Origin: a virus
Direction: 5' to 3' (one strand)
DNA length: 64,000 nt
IMG/VR virus record: IMGVR_UViG_3300027806_000039
Location: 9,310-73,309 of that record
Every line of letters begins with the position of its first letter. The first letter of the stretch is position 1. The position numbers and the translations under genes were made by a program. The notes beneath the pieces were generated by a model, which saw nothing but the letters and a program-made list of their open reading frames with translations, ran no database searches and was not told the DNA's origin. Shown in pieces: positions 8,723-17,508 of the stretch.

Positions 8723-9040
8723 TCACTCGCGCGGCGGATCGGGCGGGAGCAACGCGACCGCTTCGGCCCAAGGCAGCACCTCCACCGCAGCGCTCAGCAC
8801 CGTCTTGTCCGCAGCCTCCCACATTGCGTGCAGAAGCCCGCCGGGTTCGATCTCTGTGAGAACATCGGCACACAGCATCAACCGCCCATCGGTCAGCGTG
8901 CGAGGCACAGGGACGCAGTTAGGCGAGCCATAAACCGCGTGCAAATCCGCGAGCCGAAAGGCAAGCTGCGAATTGAAAACCAACGCGAGGCTCTTAGCTT
9001 CGGCGTCAGAGATTGGAAGTGTCAGTTCGCTTAGTTTCAT
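8723..9040 (-). CDS. Hypothetical protein, paralogue of 56745-57065 (possible fibre chaperone)
   Basis: Shared LTLPIS...DGRLML...EPGG.LH.MW...AVEVLPWA.AVALLPPDPP. Confidence 0.75.
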   Translation of the reverse strand: MKLSELTLPISDAEAKSLALVFNSQLAFRLADLHAVYGSPNCVPVPRTLTDGRLMLCADVLTEIEPGGLLHAMWEAADKTVLSAAVEVLPWAEAVALLPPDPPRE

Positions 9041-9921
9041 GTTCGATTTAGTGCAGAGCGGAAAGCTGACATTGCGGTTGTGTAAGCAGACACTTGCGAT
9101 GCAGTCATAGTTTGTCCGATTGAATACGCACTTATCCGTGCGTTGACCCTCTCGCCCACAGTTTGAGCCGCGCCATGCGCCCCGCCAAAAACGGCGAAGC
9201 CGTGCGCGTCTGGGTAGGTGATGGATGTTGTTGCGTCAGTGCCTTCGGGTGCGCCATTGCGATAAAACGTAGGCCAAGCGCCGACAAGGTGGCCGGCACC
9301 AATGTCGGATGCGTTTATCAAAGTCCCAAAATCACCAGAGTACGGGCCGTAGACGCCAAACGTGCAGCATCTATTTGTGCTGCCCGTTCTGGCGTCCAAG
9401 TTTGCAAGCCAACCGCCAAAAGACCCCGTCTCACCGGCCTGCCTGGCTCTATAGACGCTGATTATTGAACGAAAGCTGGTTTGCGTGTTTGCAGAGCGAA
9501 TGTCTGCCGATAGGTGTAGATTTGCCGCTGCGGTGACGTTGCCAGGAACCCCAGTCAGCAGTGACTTGGTGCTTCCATTGCCTTGCAATCCAGCCGACGA
9601 TCCTGTGTTATTGAAATCAGTGCCGACGAAATTGTTATTGGTATCGGTGACAAGTCCACGCGCCGACGCCGTCAGGCTCTCAGCCCTATAAAGCGGCACC
9701 AGAGCCGCCGCAAGCTGGTCGCCGCAGAACAGGTTCAGCCGGTAGAAGCGGTCGCGGATGCCAGCGGCGTTGATGCTGGCACAGAACGTCGAAACCGCCG
9801 CCAGCGTGTTGCTGCTGACGGTGCCGCCGTTGGTCGTGACGCGGGTCACCCAGTCCAGGGCGTCCGGGTGGACGGCGGTGCCGCTGGCTCGCGGGCGCAG
9901 GAGTCGTGGGCTAAGTGGCAT
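9037..9921 (-). CDS. Putative virion adhesion/lectin-fold (LamG/ConA-like) protein, paralogue of 57062-57937
   Basis: MPLSPRLLRPRASG N-terminus; GLQGNGSTKSL; YSIGQTMT...FRSALNR C-terminus. Confidence 0.6.
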   Translation of the reverse strand: MPLSPRLLRPRASGTAVHPDALDWVTRVTTNGGTVSSNTLAAVSTFCASINAAGIRDRFYRLNLFCGDQLAAALVPLYRAESLTASARGLVTDTNNNFVGTDFNNTGSSAGLQGNGSTKSLLTGVPGNVTAAANLHLSADIRSANTQTSFRSIISVYRARQAGETGSFGGWLANLDARTGSTNRCCTFGVYGPYSGDFGTLINASDIGAGHLVGAWPTFYRNGAPEGTDATTSITYPDAHGFAVFGGAHGAAQTVGERVNARISAYSIGQTMTASQVSAYTTAMSAFRSALNRT

Positions 9922-9952
9922 GGCGCGGCGTTACTGTAGGGATGTAAGGTCG

Positions 9953-10213
9953 TCAGTTCTGGTCGCGCCCAGCGTCGGTGCCGGTCGCGGTCATCTTCGG
10001 CTGTAGGGCGTACAGGAGCTTCGTCTGCTCCGTGATCGCCTTGGCAATCTCTCGCTGCGTCTCCCGCAGTTCCTTCACCGTTGTACGGTGTTCGTCAAGC
10101 AACGGGATCAACAGGTCGGTGCGGATGAACCACGCCAGAAACACGGCGACCAGTGACGGGAAGCCGTACTTCGAGAGCAGCTCGAACATGGTGTCTTTGG
10201 CGGCGTCGGTCAT
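9953..10213 (-). CDS. Holin-like single-TM membrane protein
   Basis: KYGFPSLVAVFLAWFI TM segment followed by coiled coil; last gene of the peptidase cluster. Confidence 0.5.
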   Translation of the reverse strand: MTDAAKDTMFELLSKYGFPSLVAVFLAWFIRTDLLIPLLDEHRTTVKELRETQREIAKAITEQTKLLYALQPKMTATGTDAGRDQN

Positions 10214-10572
10214 TTCGTTAGCTCATGTTGCATCACTGTCAGTAGCGCCCGATGTGACAGTCGCTCCAACCACCACTTCACGAGCCACTGTACTACTGCG
10301 ACCGCAACGGCTTGCAGCAGGAACACCCAGATGAACCCGTACTCGCCAGGCTCCTGTCCGCTCATGGCCTGATGCTCACGCTTCACCGCAGTAAGCAGGG
10401 CATGCACGTAAACGTCACGCTGCTGGTTGTCGCGGCAGGCCGTGAGGTAGTCGCCAGACCAGTTGGCGACCGACAACTGCACGAGGTCGTTCACGGCGGC
10501 TCGGCCCACGAGCCTCTTGCGGATCGGCGGCAGGGCGGCCCAGCATGCTGACTGGAGGTCGGCGAGCGTCAT
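10210..10572 (-). CDS. Membrane protein
   Basis: C-terminal TM YGFIWVFLLQAVAVAVVQWLVKWW; ATGA-coupled. Confidence 0.6.
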   Translation of the reverse strand: MTLADLQSACWAALPPIRKRLVGRAAVNDLVQLSVANWSGDYLTACRDNQQRDVYVHALLTAVKREHQAMSGQEPGEYGFIWVFLLQAVAVAVVQWLVKWWLERLSHRALLTVMQHELTK

Positions 10573-10871
10573 GGCCGGCACTTTCCATCTGGGCAGGGCT
10601 GAGCCGCCTTCGGCTTTTTGCAGACGCAGGTCGGCGGGCATGGGCACGGCGTGCGGTGGCCGTCGCCATGCGTGATGTATCCCGTGCCTTTGCATTGCGT
10701 GCAGCACTCGCCCGGCTTCGGTGCAGGCTCGGGGGCGGGCGGCAACTGCCGCATCCGCACAACCTCCCGAGCCACCTCACACGCTAGGTCGGCGGTCAAC
10801 GAATCATCGGCGGGCAGGCTGGCGACGCAGCCCACGAACGCCACCGTCAGAACGATCAGCCACCGAGTCAC
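10569..10871 (-). CDS. Putative lipoprotein with Cys-rich zinc-finger-like C-terminus
   Basis: Signal LIVLTVAFVG-C; CTQCKGTG...CPCPPTCVC. Confidence 0.6.
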   Translation of the reverse strand: MTRWLIVLTVAFVGCVASLPADDSLTADLACEVAREVVRMRQLPPAPEPAPKPGECCTQCKGTGYITHGDGHRTPCPCPPTCVCKKPKAAQPCPDGKCRP

Positions 10872-11866
10872 AGGATGCCTCCAGTCCAATCGGGCAACTG
10901 CTTGGCAGGCCATCCGTTGACGCCAGAGAACGCGATGGCGTATCGGCCTTTGCAGTCCGACCATCTCGACCAGAACGCCCCATGCGGGATCTCAAGCTGC
11001 GTGCCAAGGACCGACCGGCCACCGCTGTTCCACTTTCCCCAACTGTTTTGGATCAGCACCAGCGGTTCGCCGTAGGCCCGCTTGATTTCGTCGCGGTCAT
11101 CGACGCCAAGGTAGGCGAGAGCGTGAGCCCAGCCCTGCGAAGTGCGGCGGCTGACGCCGTTGGAATCCCTTGTCTCTGACCACGATTCGCCACCACACGA
11201 AGAGATGCAGTAGCCGTTCGCCAAAAGGTCTCGCACTTCCTCGAACGTCCTGGCCCTGGTCGCCGTTCGCACGAGATGCTCAGCCCCGATCTTGCGAATC
11301 TCGGCCCCCGGCTTGGACGCTCCCCACTTACCAGCCAGCTTGCCGTCGTACCGCGTGAGGTCGATGCCGAGTTGTTCGTACCGCTTGCGGAGCCACAGGC
11401 CTGACTCTTTCAACACCACTTCGGCGGCGTGGTCGCAGCTCCACCCGTCCCCACCGTGCGAGCGAAACCAGTAGATCGCTTCACACGAGAGCACGCCGTC
11501 TCGGCGGGCCTCGTCGCTGATGTCTGGGGCACCCTCACGCAGGCCCGTCACCTCGTCAGGCTGGCCAGCGGCGATCTCGCAGGCGAGCGTGCCTAGGCAG
11601 GCGTTCCGCGTCGAGTGAGCCACACAGTCGCCACGGGTCTGAGCCGACGCGGGCAGCGAGCCGGGGAAGACTTGCTCGATCACGGCCCACGGAGCCGACA
11701 GCTTGCCAGCCCCGGAGCCGACGAGCCCGTAGCGGCGACAGGTCGTGCCGCCGTCCGGTGCCTGTCCTTGCTGGAGAAGGTACTGCGTCAGCCTCTCAGA
11801 CGCGGCAGGATCGGCGTATACGCCGACCAGCCCACGCAGATACTCCTCCTGAGGGTTCCACGGCAT
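10868..11866 (-). CDS. Papain-like (C1) cysteine peptidase
   Basis: QTRGDCVAH (oxyanion Q and catalytic C), WAHAL (H), IQNSWG (N). Confidence 0.85.
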   Translation of the reverse strand: MPWNPQEEYLRGLVGVYADPAASERLTQYLLQQGQAPDGGTTCRRYGLVGSGAGKLSAPWAVIEQVFPGSLPASAQTRGDCVAHSTRNACLGTLACEIAAGQPDEVTGLREGAPDISDEARRDGVLSCEAIYWFRSHGGDGWSCDHAAEVVLKESGLWLRKRYEQLGIDLTRYDGKLAGKWGASKPGAEIRKIGAEHLVRTATRARTFEEVRDLLANGYCISSCGGESWSETRDSNGVSRRTSQGWAHALAYLGVDDRDEIKRAYGEPLVLIQNSWGKWNSGGRSVLGTQLEIPHGAFWSRWSDCKGRYAIAFSGVNGWPAKQLPDWTGGIL

Positions 11867-11870
11867 GGGG

Positions 11871-12482
11871 TCACCCTCGCGGCGGCAGGGCCGCCCAGGC
11901 GATGGCGCGGCACAGTTCGGCAAATTCCTTCCGCAGTTCCGGCGTCACCGTCACCACGTCCTTGCCGATCACGTTGGCAAACGCGGCCTCGGTCGCCTCC
12001 CGCAGCCCGGCGTACTTGCCCGGCTGGTTGCCACCGATCCGACGCCAGCCAATGTCGAGAGCCAGAACGACGAACGCCCGCAGCGAGCGAGTGTCGGTGA
12101 AGACCACCTCGCCCACGATGGCATCGCCGCCGACCACGACCGCCGCCTTCGTCCACAACTGCGCCCAAAGCATGCGGTCTGACATAGGGGCAGAGGCGAA
12201 CGCATCTGCCACCGGCTTCACTTTCAACTGCATCGCATCACTCGGCGTCTCGACCTTCACCGACTGCACCACGCCCGGCAACGCCAGCGACGGCATCGGC
12301 ACCTTGCCCCACGCCGCCGCGACAATCAGAGCGGCTGCTGCAATCCGTGCGAGGAGTCCGGCTTTTTCTTTGCCGGCTTCCAACGCACGGTGCGCGAGGG
12401 CTTGGATTTGTGCCCGGTAGGGAGCAAGCAATAGAGCCGCCGCAGCAAGTACGGCAGCGGCACGAAGCGAAGAGTCATTCAC
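11871..12482 (-). CDS. Membrane-anchored hypothetical protein
   Basis: Two N-terminal hydrophobic helices; GTG start overlaps upstream stop. Confidence 0.6.
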   Translation of the reverse strand: MNDSSLRAAAVLAAAALLLAPYRAQIQALAHRALEAGKEKAGLLARIAAAALIVAAAWGKVPMPSLALPGVVQSVKVETPSDAMQLKVKPVADAFASAPMSDRMLWAQLWTKAAVVVGGDAIVGEVVFTDTRSLRAFVVLALDIGWRRIGGNQPGKYAGLREATEAAFANVIGKDVVTVTPELRKEFAELCRAIAWAALPPRG

Positions 12483-12784
12483 CGACGCATCCCTTCGATC
12501 TTGTCCACGGCCCACCTGACCAGCTGCTCGCCCTCTTTGGTTTTGAGCAGGGCCGCGACGTGCTTTACCAACTCGTCGTCCAGGCCGCTGTCGGTCTTGC
12601 TTGCCAGCCATTCGCACGCTTCTCCAACCACAACCGCCTTGGCATACGGATCAAACGCCGAGAGGTAGCGCTGCCCGAACGTCAGGAGCGGGGCGAAAGA
12701 ATTCAGCAGCGCGAGCTTCTCCCAAATGGTGAGGTTCGCACCGTACTGCCCGACTTCCTCGGGCGTCATTTCAAAAGCGGGCAT
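12479..12784 (-). CDS. Hypothetical protein
   Basis: GGAGG RBS; LASKTDSGLDDELV motif. Confidence 0.65.
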   Translation of the reverse strand: MPAFEMTPEEVGQYGANLTIWEKLALLNSFAPLLTFGQRYLSAFDPYAKAVVVGEACEWLASKTDSGLDDELVKHVAALLKTKEGEQLVRWAVDKIEGMRR

Positions 12785-12789
12785 GGGCG

Positions 12790-13056
12790 TCAGTCCTCCT
12801 TCTCAGAGTCTGCCGGTTCATCGCCCGCCTCTGGCAGAGGGAAAACGACCGTGTCGTTTATCCAGTCCCAGAGGTAATCCCACGTGGCTTTTGCGTCCTC
12901 GCGCACTTCGGCAAGCGAAAGCGTGTACGGCTGCCGCCAGATTTCCTCGGCCTCCCCGACGACCTTACCGCCCTCGGTCTCCATCCTGGCGTAGATGTAA
13001 CGACGCCCAAACTCGAGCGTGATCCGCCGGTCGATGTAGTCCTTGTCGGCGGGCAT
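12790..13056 (-). CDS. Hypothetical protein
   Basis: Coupled ORF in minus-strand operon. Confidence 0.6.
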   Translation of the reverse strand: MPADKDYIDRRITLEFGRRYIYARMETEGGKVVGEAEEIWRQPYTLSLAEVREDAKATWDYLWDWINDTVVFPLPEAGDEPADSEKED

Positions 13057-13448
13057 CAGTCATCCCACGACTCCATCGCGTCGCGGGCCTCGTCGGTGAG
13101 TTCAATTCTGGTGAGCGAAAACATCGTCGGCTTCGTCACCTGCCGCTCATGTCGCGTCGCTTCCGTCCACGATATTTGCACGCAGGTCACTCTTGCAGCG
13201 ATCATCGGCGCGAGACTCAGGCTCGACTCCGATGCCGCAATCTCCTCTGGCGTCGGTGCCGCAAGCCGCTCAGGCTTCTTCCGCAGCTTGCGGTCGTGAC
13301 GCTTCGGCAGATGCCAGTAGTCACGAAGACGCACGACTTGGTCGCGGCTCACCGAGTAGCGGTCGCACAGATCACGCATCGTCACATGCGCCATCCAGTC
13401 GGCGTGAAACGCGGTGACGACGATGGTGGCGGTGTTACCGCGTGGCAT
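13056..13448 (-). CDS. Hypothetical protein with HTH-like N-terminus
   Basis: MRDLCDRYSVSRDQVVRLRDYWHLPKR. Confidence 0.6.
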   Translation of the reverse strand: MPRGNTATIVVTAFHADWMAHVTMRDLCDRYSVSRDQVVRLRDYWHLPKRHDRKLRKKPERLAAPTPEEIAASESSLSLAPMIAARVTCVQISWTEATRHERQVTKPTMFSLTRIELTDEARDAMESWDD

Positions 13449-13457
13449 CCTTGCTGC

Positions 13458-14174
13458 TCATTTTTTCTTTCGAGTCTTTGCAGGAGCCGTGATCCTAGCC
13501 GCGTATGCAAATCCAAACATTCGCTGCGGCTCTGGAGGCTTTGCGCCCTTTTTGACGTTGTCCATGGCCCACATTGGCCTGAGATTCTTGTAGTTGAACG
13601 CAGCTAATTGCTGCTTTTCATCGCGCAAATCAAAAAGAGCAAGCGGGATGATGTGATCTATGTGCCACTTCCCTCTGTTATCCCAGCTCATTCCGTCCGT
13701 AAACTGCGACTCAATATGAGCAACCAAAGTATCGATGTCGCATCCGACATATGCGATTGTTCTGCCGCTTTTGGGCTTTTCTCTGTTGTTGAGTACTCCG
13801 CACAAGCGAACGCGAACTCTTTGCCGAAGCCAGAACGCATAATCAGTTGAAAGTTTTTTCTTTACATACCGAAGGTTGTATTCCCTTACGCGATCTTTAT
13901 TCCTTTTCCGCCATGCCGTTTCTCGGACGCGGTCGGCTTTTGCCCTCCGTTTAGCAGCTGCCTTTCCTTGCTCTCGCAGCCTGTCCCTATTGGCCTTGTA
14001 ATATGCTTTTCTGCTCTCACGAATCCTGTCTGCATTTTTTTCTGCATACTCCCTCGATCTCTGCAAAATCCGATCTTTGTTCGCTTGGTAATAGGCTTTT
14101 TCGTATGCGGATCTGGCCCGCTTTCTTGCCAGAAGTTCTTCTTCTTTTGGCTGTGTAGAATCAGCCATAGCCAT
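13458..14174 (-). CDS. HNH endonuclease (putative homing endonuclease)
   Basis: Basic YYxxN repeats then MSWDNRGKWHIDHIIP...NLRPMWAMDN; visibly AT-richer than its flanks. Confidence 0.85.
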   Translation of the reverse strand: MAMADSTQPKEEELLARKRARSAYEKAYYQANKDRILQRSREYAEKNADRIRESRKAYYKANRDRLREQGKAAAKRRAKADRVRETAWRKRNKDRVREYNLRYVKKKLSTDYAFWLRQRVRVRLCGVLNNREKPKSGRTIAYVGCDIDTLVAHIESQFTDGMSWDNRGKWHIDHIIPLALFDLRDEKQQLAAFNYKNLRPMWAMDNVKKGAKPPEPQRMFGFAYAARITAPAKTRKKK

Positions 14175-14244
14175 CTCTCCTATGTCAGTAGGGGTGCTGG
14201 TTAGAGACGGCGGCGGGCTGCAATCCCGTCGCCGTTTCGTCTTT

Positions 14245-15195
14245 TTATACCCCCTCACTAGGCGGATCACAACTGTGCATCCATCGCATAAACGTCCTTT
14301 GCGATGGGTTCACGAACATTCGCTTCCCTGTCTTTTTGGCGATAGCGCGATGCGCCGAAGTGTGTTCGCAGTCCGATGAGCCGTCGTACTCCGCGTGCAG
14401 GTAATCCTCTGTCCTGTAGATGCAGAGTCCGCCGAACGCGCTGGCGACCACGACTGGAGATGATCCGACAGGCGGAAGCCAGTTGTGTTTCCAGCCTCCT
14501 TCTCCTCGCGTGTAGTCGTCAAAATAAACATCTGGCTGACCAATCCCCCTGGCTGCCCAGCAGTCGTAGTGAAGCCAGGAGCGGCTCACCACGGGATGGC
14601 CGCGATCGTCTTGCTTTAGCGATGGATGCTCGAGCAGCGACACGCTGGCCATTCCGAACGCACCCTGTAAATCAACCATCCAGCCGATGCCGTTTAGCAC
14701 GCCGTCATGCCACCAACCGCCCCAGGCGTCGAAGTCCACCGCCATCACGTAGTCGCAGTCGGCGGCGTTTTCCCGCACCCATCGCTGGCACGCCGTGCGG
14801 TACTCCGCAAGCTGCACCGTTCGACGCCCGCCGAACTCGCCGCTGTAGCTCTCTCGCCCGAGACGCTGTGAAGCGAACGTCGCCTGCCGATACTCTGAGG
14901 CGAAGTCGGCGAGCACCTGCACTGTGTCGTCGGCCGAGTCGTTTTCCTCAATGTGCAGCCGCCACGACTCACACTCGCCGGCTATCCGCAGCACGCGAGA
15001 CAGGTTGCCGGCGAGGGCCGATGCACAGTCGCGGGCCAGCCCGACGAAGCACACCTTGGCATGCCGCAGCCGGTAGCGGCCAAGCTGCACCTGGGCTGCG
15101 TAGTCTGCCGCGAACTCCGGCAGCGGCAGCACCAGATGCTCATGCACCTGCGGCGCGGGAGGCAAGATCGCGGATCGTTCCAAGCCTGTCGGCAT
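14245..15195 (-). CDS. Glycosyltransferase (GT-A; CAP59 mannosyltransferase-like)
   Basis: GLARDC, ENDSADDT, VDFD (DxD), SAFGGLCIY, DCEH motifs. Confidence 0.75.
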   Translation of the reverse strand: MPTGLERSAILPPAPQVHEHLVLPLPEFAADYAAQVQLGRYRLRHAKVCFVGLARDCASALAGNLSRVLRIAGECESWRLHIEENDSADDTVQVLADFASEYRQATFASQRLGRESYSGEFGGRRTVQLAEYRTACQRWVRENAADCDYVMAVDFDAWGGWWHDGVLNGIGWMVDLQGAFGMASVSLLEHPSLKQDDRGHPVVSRSWLHYDCWAARGIGQPDVYFDDYTRGEGGWKHNWLPPVGSSPVVVASAFGGLCIYRTEDYLHAEYDGSSDCEHTSAHRAIAKKTGKRMFVNPSQRTFMRWMHSCDPPSEGV

Positions 15196-15775
15196 ATTGG
15201 GTCACGTGCATGAAGTAAGGACTGTCGCACTTGCGTCGGTCTGCTGGGTGATGGTTCCACTCAGGCCCGAGAAACGTTGTGCGGTGATAGAGCGTGGTCG
15301 GTGTGTCAAGCCGGCCGACCGGCCCCGGCTCTACCGCGTAGCCCATCAGCCGCATGATGGCGGCCTGCTCCCACCACGGGTGATGCGGGAACTCTGCCCC
15401 AATGTTCCACGCCTTGAGCAGCACGTCTTGCATAGCCTGCGTCACGGCCCACACGCCGCAGTTCGGGACGCGCCCGCACTCGGTGTGATGTTCAACAAGA
15501 GCGTGATCCGTATCGGGCCTCAACTCTACGAACACATCATGCCACGGCTGGATGATCACAACATCGGCATCGAGCCAGAGTACGCGGTCAAAATAGCCGA
15601 GCATGCCATGAACAACAGGTAACTTGCTCCACGACGCAGGCCGTTGGCTCTGCAACTCAAACGACCGAAACTCACAGCCGTGTCGCTCCGCATACTTCGC
15701 CATGAGCGGAGCCGTGATCTCGCTCATCTGCCGATGCTCGTCGCCGCTCCATCCTGTGACGATGCACGCTTTCAC
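15140..15775 (-). CDS. Glycosyltransferase (GT34/MNN10-like)
   Basis: YAERHG, SWSKL, WLDAD, NCGV, WWEQAA motifs. Confidence 0.8.
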   Translation of the reverse strand: MKACIVTGWSGDEHRQMSEITAPLMAKYAERHGCEFRSFELQSQRPASWSKLPVVHGMLGYFDRVLWLDADVVIIQPWHDVFVELRPDTDHALVEHHTECGRVPNCGVWAVTQAMQDVLLKAWNIGAEFPHHPWWEQAAIMRLMGYAVEPGPVGRLDTPTTLYHRTTFLGPEWNHHPADRRKCDSPYFMHVTQYADRLGTIRDLASRAAGA

Positions 15776-16299
15776 TTGACCCCCACGAACATCTGCCGGC
15801 CGCGAGCGTCAGGCTCAAGAACCATCGTGCGGCCGAAGCGCTTGGCTATTGCGGACTGCGAGGTCGGCGACAGCTGCTCCCAATCGTGAATCGCGAGCGT
15901 GTCGCACAGCCCGGCCGCAGTGAGGTACTCAGGCAAAACGGCATCGCCATGGCATGCGTCGTGAAAGATCATGTCCCACGGCTCCAGCCCAAGCTGGCAA
16001 TCACGCAGGAACCGCCCGGCATCGGCCTGCACCGGCTGGATGTTCTCCAGTTCGAGCAGCGCCCAGTACGCCACGCGATCCGCCTCACAAACCGTGTCGC
16101 ACAGATCCACGCTGACGACCATCGACTCTGGAGCCGCGATGGCGAGCGCCGCCGTACTGATGCCGGCGTGGCTCCCAAGCTCAAGAATCCGCCAGCCATC
16201 CTGGCCGGCGACGATCTCGCACAGAAACGCAATGTGCTCTCGCGCAGTCGTCATCTGGTGCGAGTCATCGACGCCGGCCAGGTATTCCTCATAGGTCAT
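15772..16299 (-). CDS. Class I SAM-dependent methyltransferase (Methyltransf_24-like)
   Basis: ILELGSHAGIST, DMIFHDACH, AIHD. Confidence 0.8.
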   Translation of the reverse strand: MTYEEYLAGVDDSHQMTTAREHIAFLCEIVAGQDGWRILELGSHAGISTAALAIAAPESMVVSVDLCDTVCEADRVAYWALLELENIQPVQADAGRFLRDCQLGLEPWDMIFHDACHGDAVLPEYLTAAGLCDTLAIHDWEQLSPTSQSAIAKRFGRTMVLEPDARGRQMFVGVK

Positions 16300-16303
16300 G
16301 GCG

Positions 16304-16615
16304 TCACTCGTAGCGGATCACGGCGAACCAGCCGCGGCGAACTGGCGACCACGCCACCGCTTTCTCAACGATGCGATACCGCCCGTAGTAGCAGCACGAC
16401 CGCAGGGCCGCATCGGGGCCAGCCGTCGAGAATCCGATCCCTTCACGCCGCCCGCCGTTGCGGCCACAGTGCCGCAGGATGCCCGTGCGTGCCATCTCGT
16501 CGGCATCGATCTGGGCCGACGAGATATTCACGCGGCGAGCGTAGATGTTCGTGTCGGCGGAAGCCGAGCACGCGAGCATGGCCAGGGCAAGAGTCAGGAT
16601 GAAACGCATGGTCAC
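16304..16615 (-). CDS. Small secreted protein (CAP/SCP-like fragment)
   Basis: Signal peptide; MARTGILRH...EGIG...GWFAVIRY. Confidence 0.55.
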   Translation of the reverse strand: MTMRFILTLALAMLACSASADTNIYARRVNISSAQIDADEMARTGILRHCGRNGGRREGIGFSTAGPDAALRSCCYYGRYRIVEKAVAWSPVRRGWFAVIRYE

Positions 16616-16672
16616 TCTCCGTGGTGAAATTCGCCCGTCCGTGGGCGACGTGCGGAGAGTCTGCCGAGAGTG

Positions 16673-17080
16673 TCAAGCGATCCGAACCGTCGTGCGGCCT
16701 TGGTTGCCGTAGCTCTTCTCGACCACCACTCGCCCGACCTGCGTATCGTCCACCCACGCCACGCCATTCAAGGCGTCCTCTATCCCCTTGAGGCAGTTCG
16801 AGCAGTCCGCCCGCGGCAGCTTCGGAGCCGTTGCCTTCAGCCCGCTCTTCAGGAAGTGGCTCTTCGGGCGGGCGAACACGAGATCGACAATCAGCGTGAT
16901 TGGGGCCGCGTCAGTCGGCGTCGCACCGGCCTGCCGGGCGGCGGCAGCAATCGCCGCCCGGTAGGAGTGAATCGGATGGCTTGCAGGCGTATACGCATGC
17001 CCGTGCCGGCCGCGAGTGGAGATGCGTGGCCGCGGCTGCGGCACTGGATCGCCCGGCACCTCGAATGAAATCGCTTTCAT
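16673..17080 (-). CDS. rusA: RusA-family Holliday junction resolvase
   Basis: PVPQPRPR, DCSNCLKGIEDALNGVAWVDDTQV. Confidence 0.9.
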   Translation of the reverse strand: MKAISFEVPGDPVPQPRPRISTRGRHGHAYTPASHPIHSYRAAIAAAARQAGATPTDAAPITLIVDLVFARPKSHFLKSGLKATAPKLPRADCSNCLKGIEDALNGVAWVDDTQVGRVVVEKSYGNQGRTTVRIA

Positions 17081-17101
17081 TCCGGCATCGTGGCGATGCC
17101 G

Positions 17102-17437
17102 TCAAGCAACCCACTCGCCAGCGATCTTCAACTCACGAATTCGCGACAGCACCCACGGCGATAGCTCGAGCGTCTCCATCGGCTCGGGCTCGCCCCAATC
17201 GTCTGGACAGCCGCCAATCTCATGGCGAACCACGGCAGCACGCTTCGGCAACGCATGCTTCTTCGCCAGGAGGTACAGCTGCTTGTCGGTGATCCCGAGC
17301 TTGCGGGCCACCTCAATCGTCGTCAGCCGCTGGTCGGCCCACGCGGCGAAGAGATTCTTCACTGGTACCGCGCTGGCCCGTTTCATCATGCGGGCGTTTG
17401 ACTTTCGTACGGGCACTGCATCAAACAATCCGGCCAT
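17102..17437 (-). CDS. Hypothetical HTH-like protein
   Basis: TTIEVARKLGITDKQLYLLAKKHALPKR. Confidence 0.6.
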   Translation of the reverse strand: MAGLFDAVPVRKSNARMMKRASAVPVKNLFAAWADQRLTTIEVARKLGITDKQLYLLAKKHALPKRAAVVRHEIGGCPDDWGEPEPMETLELSPWVLSRIRELKIAGEWVA

Positions 17438-17508
17438 CGTCGCTTCCTACTTGGTGTGTTGGATGATGCCGCCGCGCCGACCCGATGCCGACGCGGCGGC
17501 ACTGTCAG

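Noticed and set aside
17467-17501. GC hairpins ahead of A/C-rich leaders (also about 27489-27524 and 27774-27801)
   Set aside because: Common intergenic stem-loops without shared sequence or U-tracts; not enough to call terminators or a family
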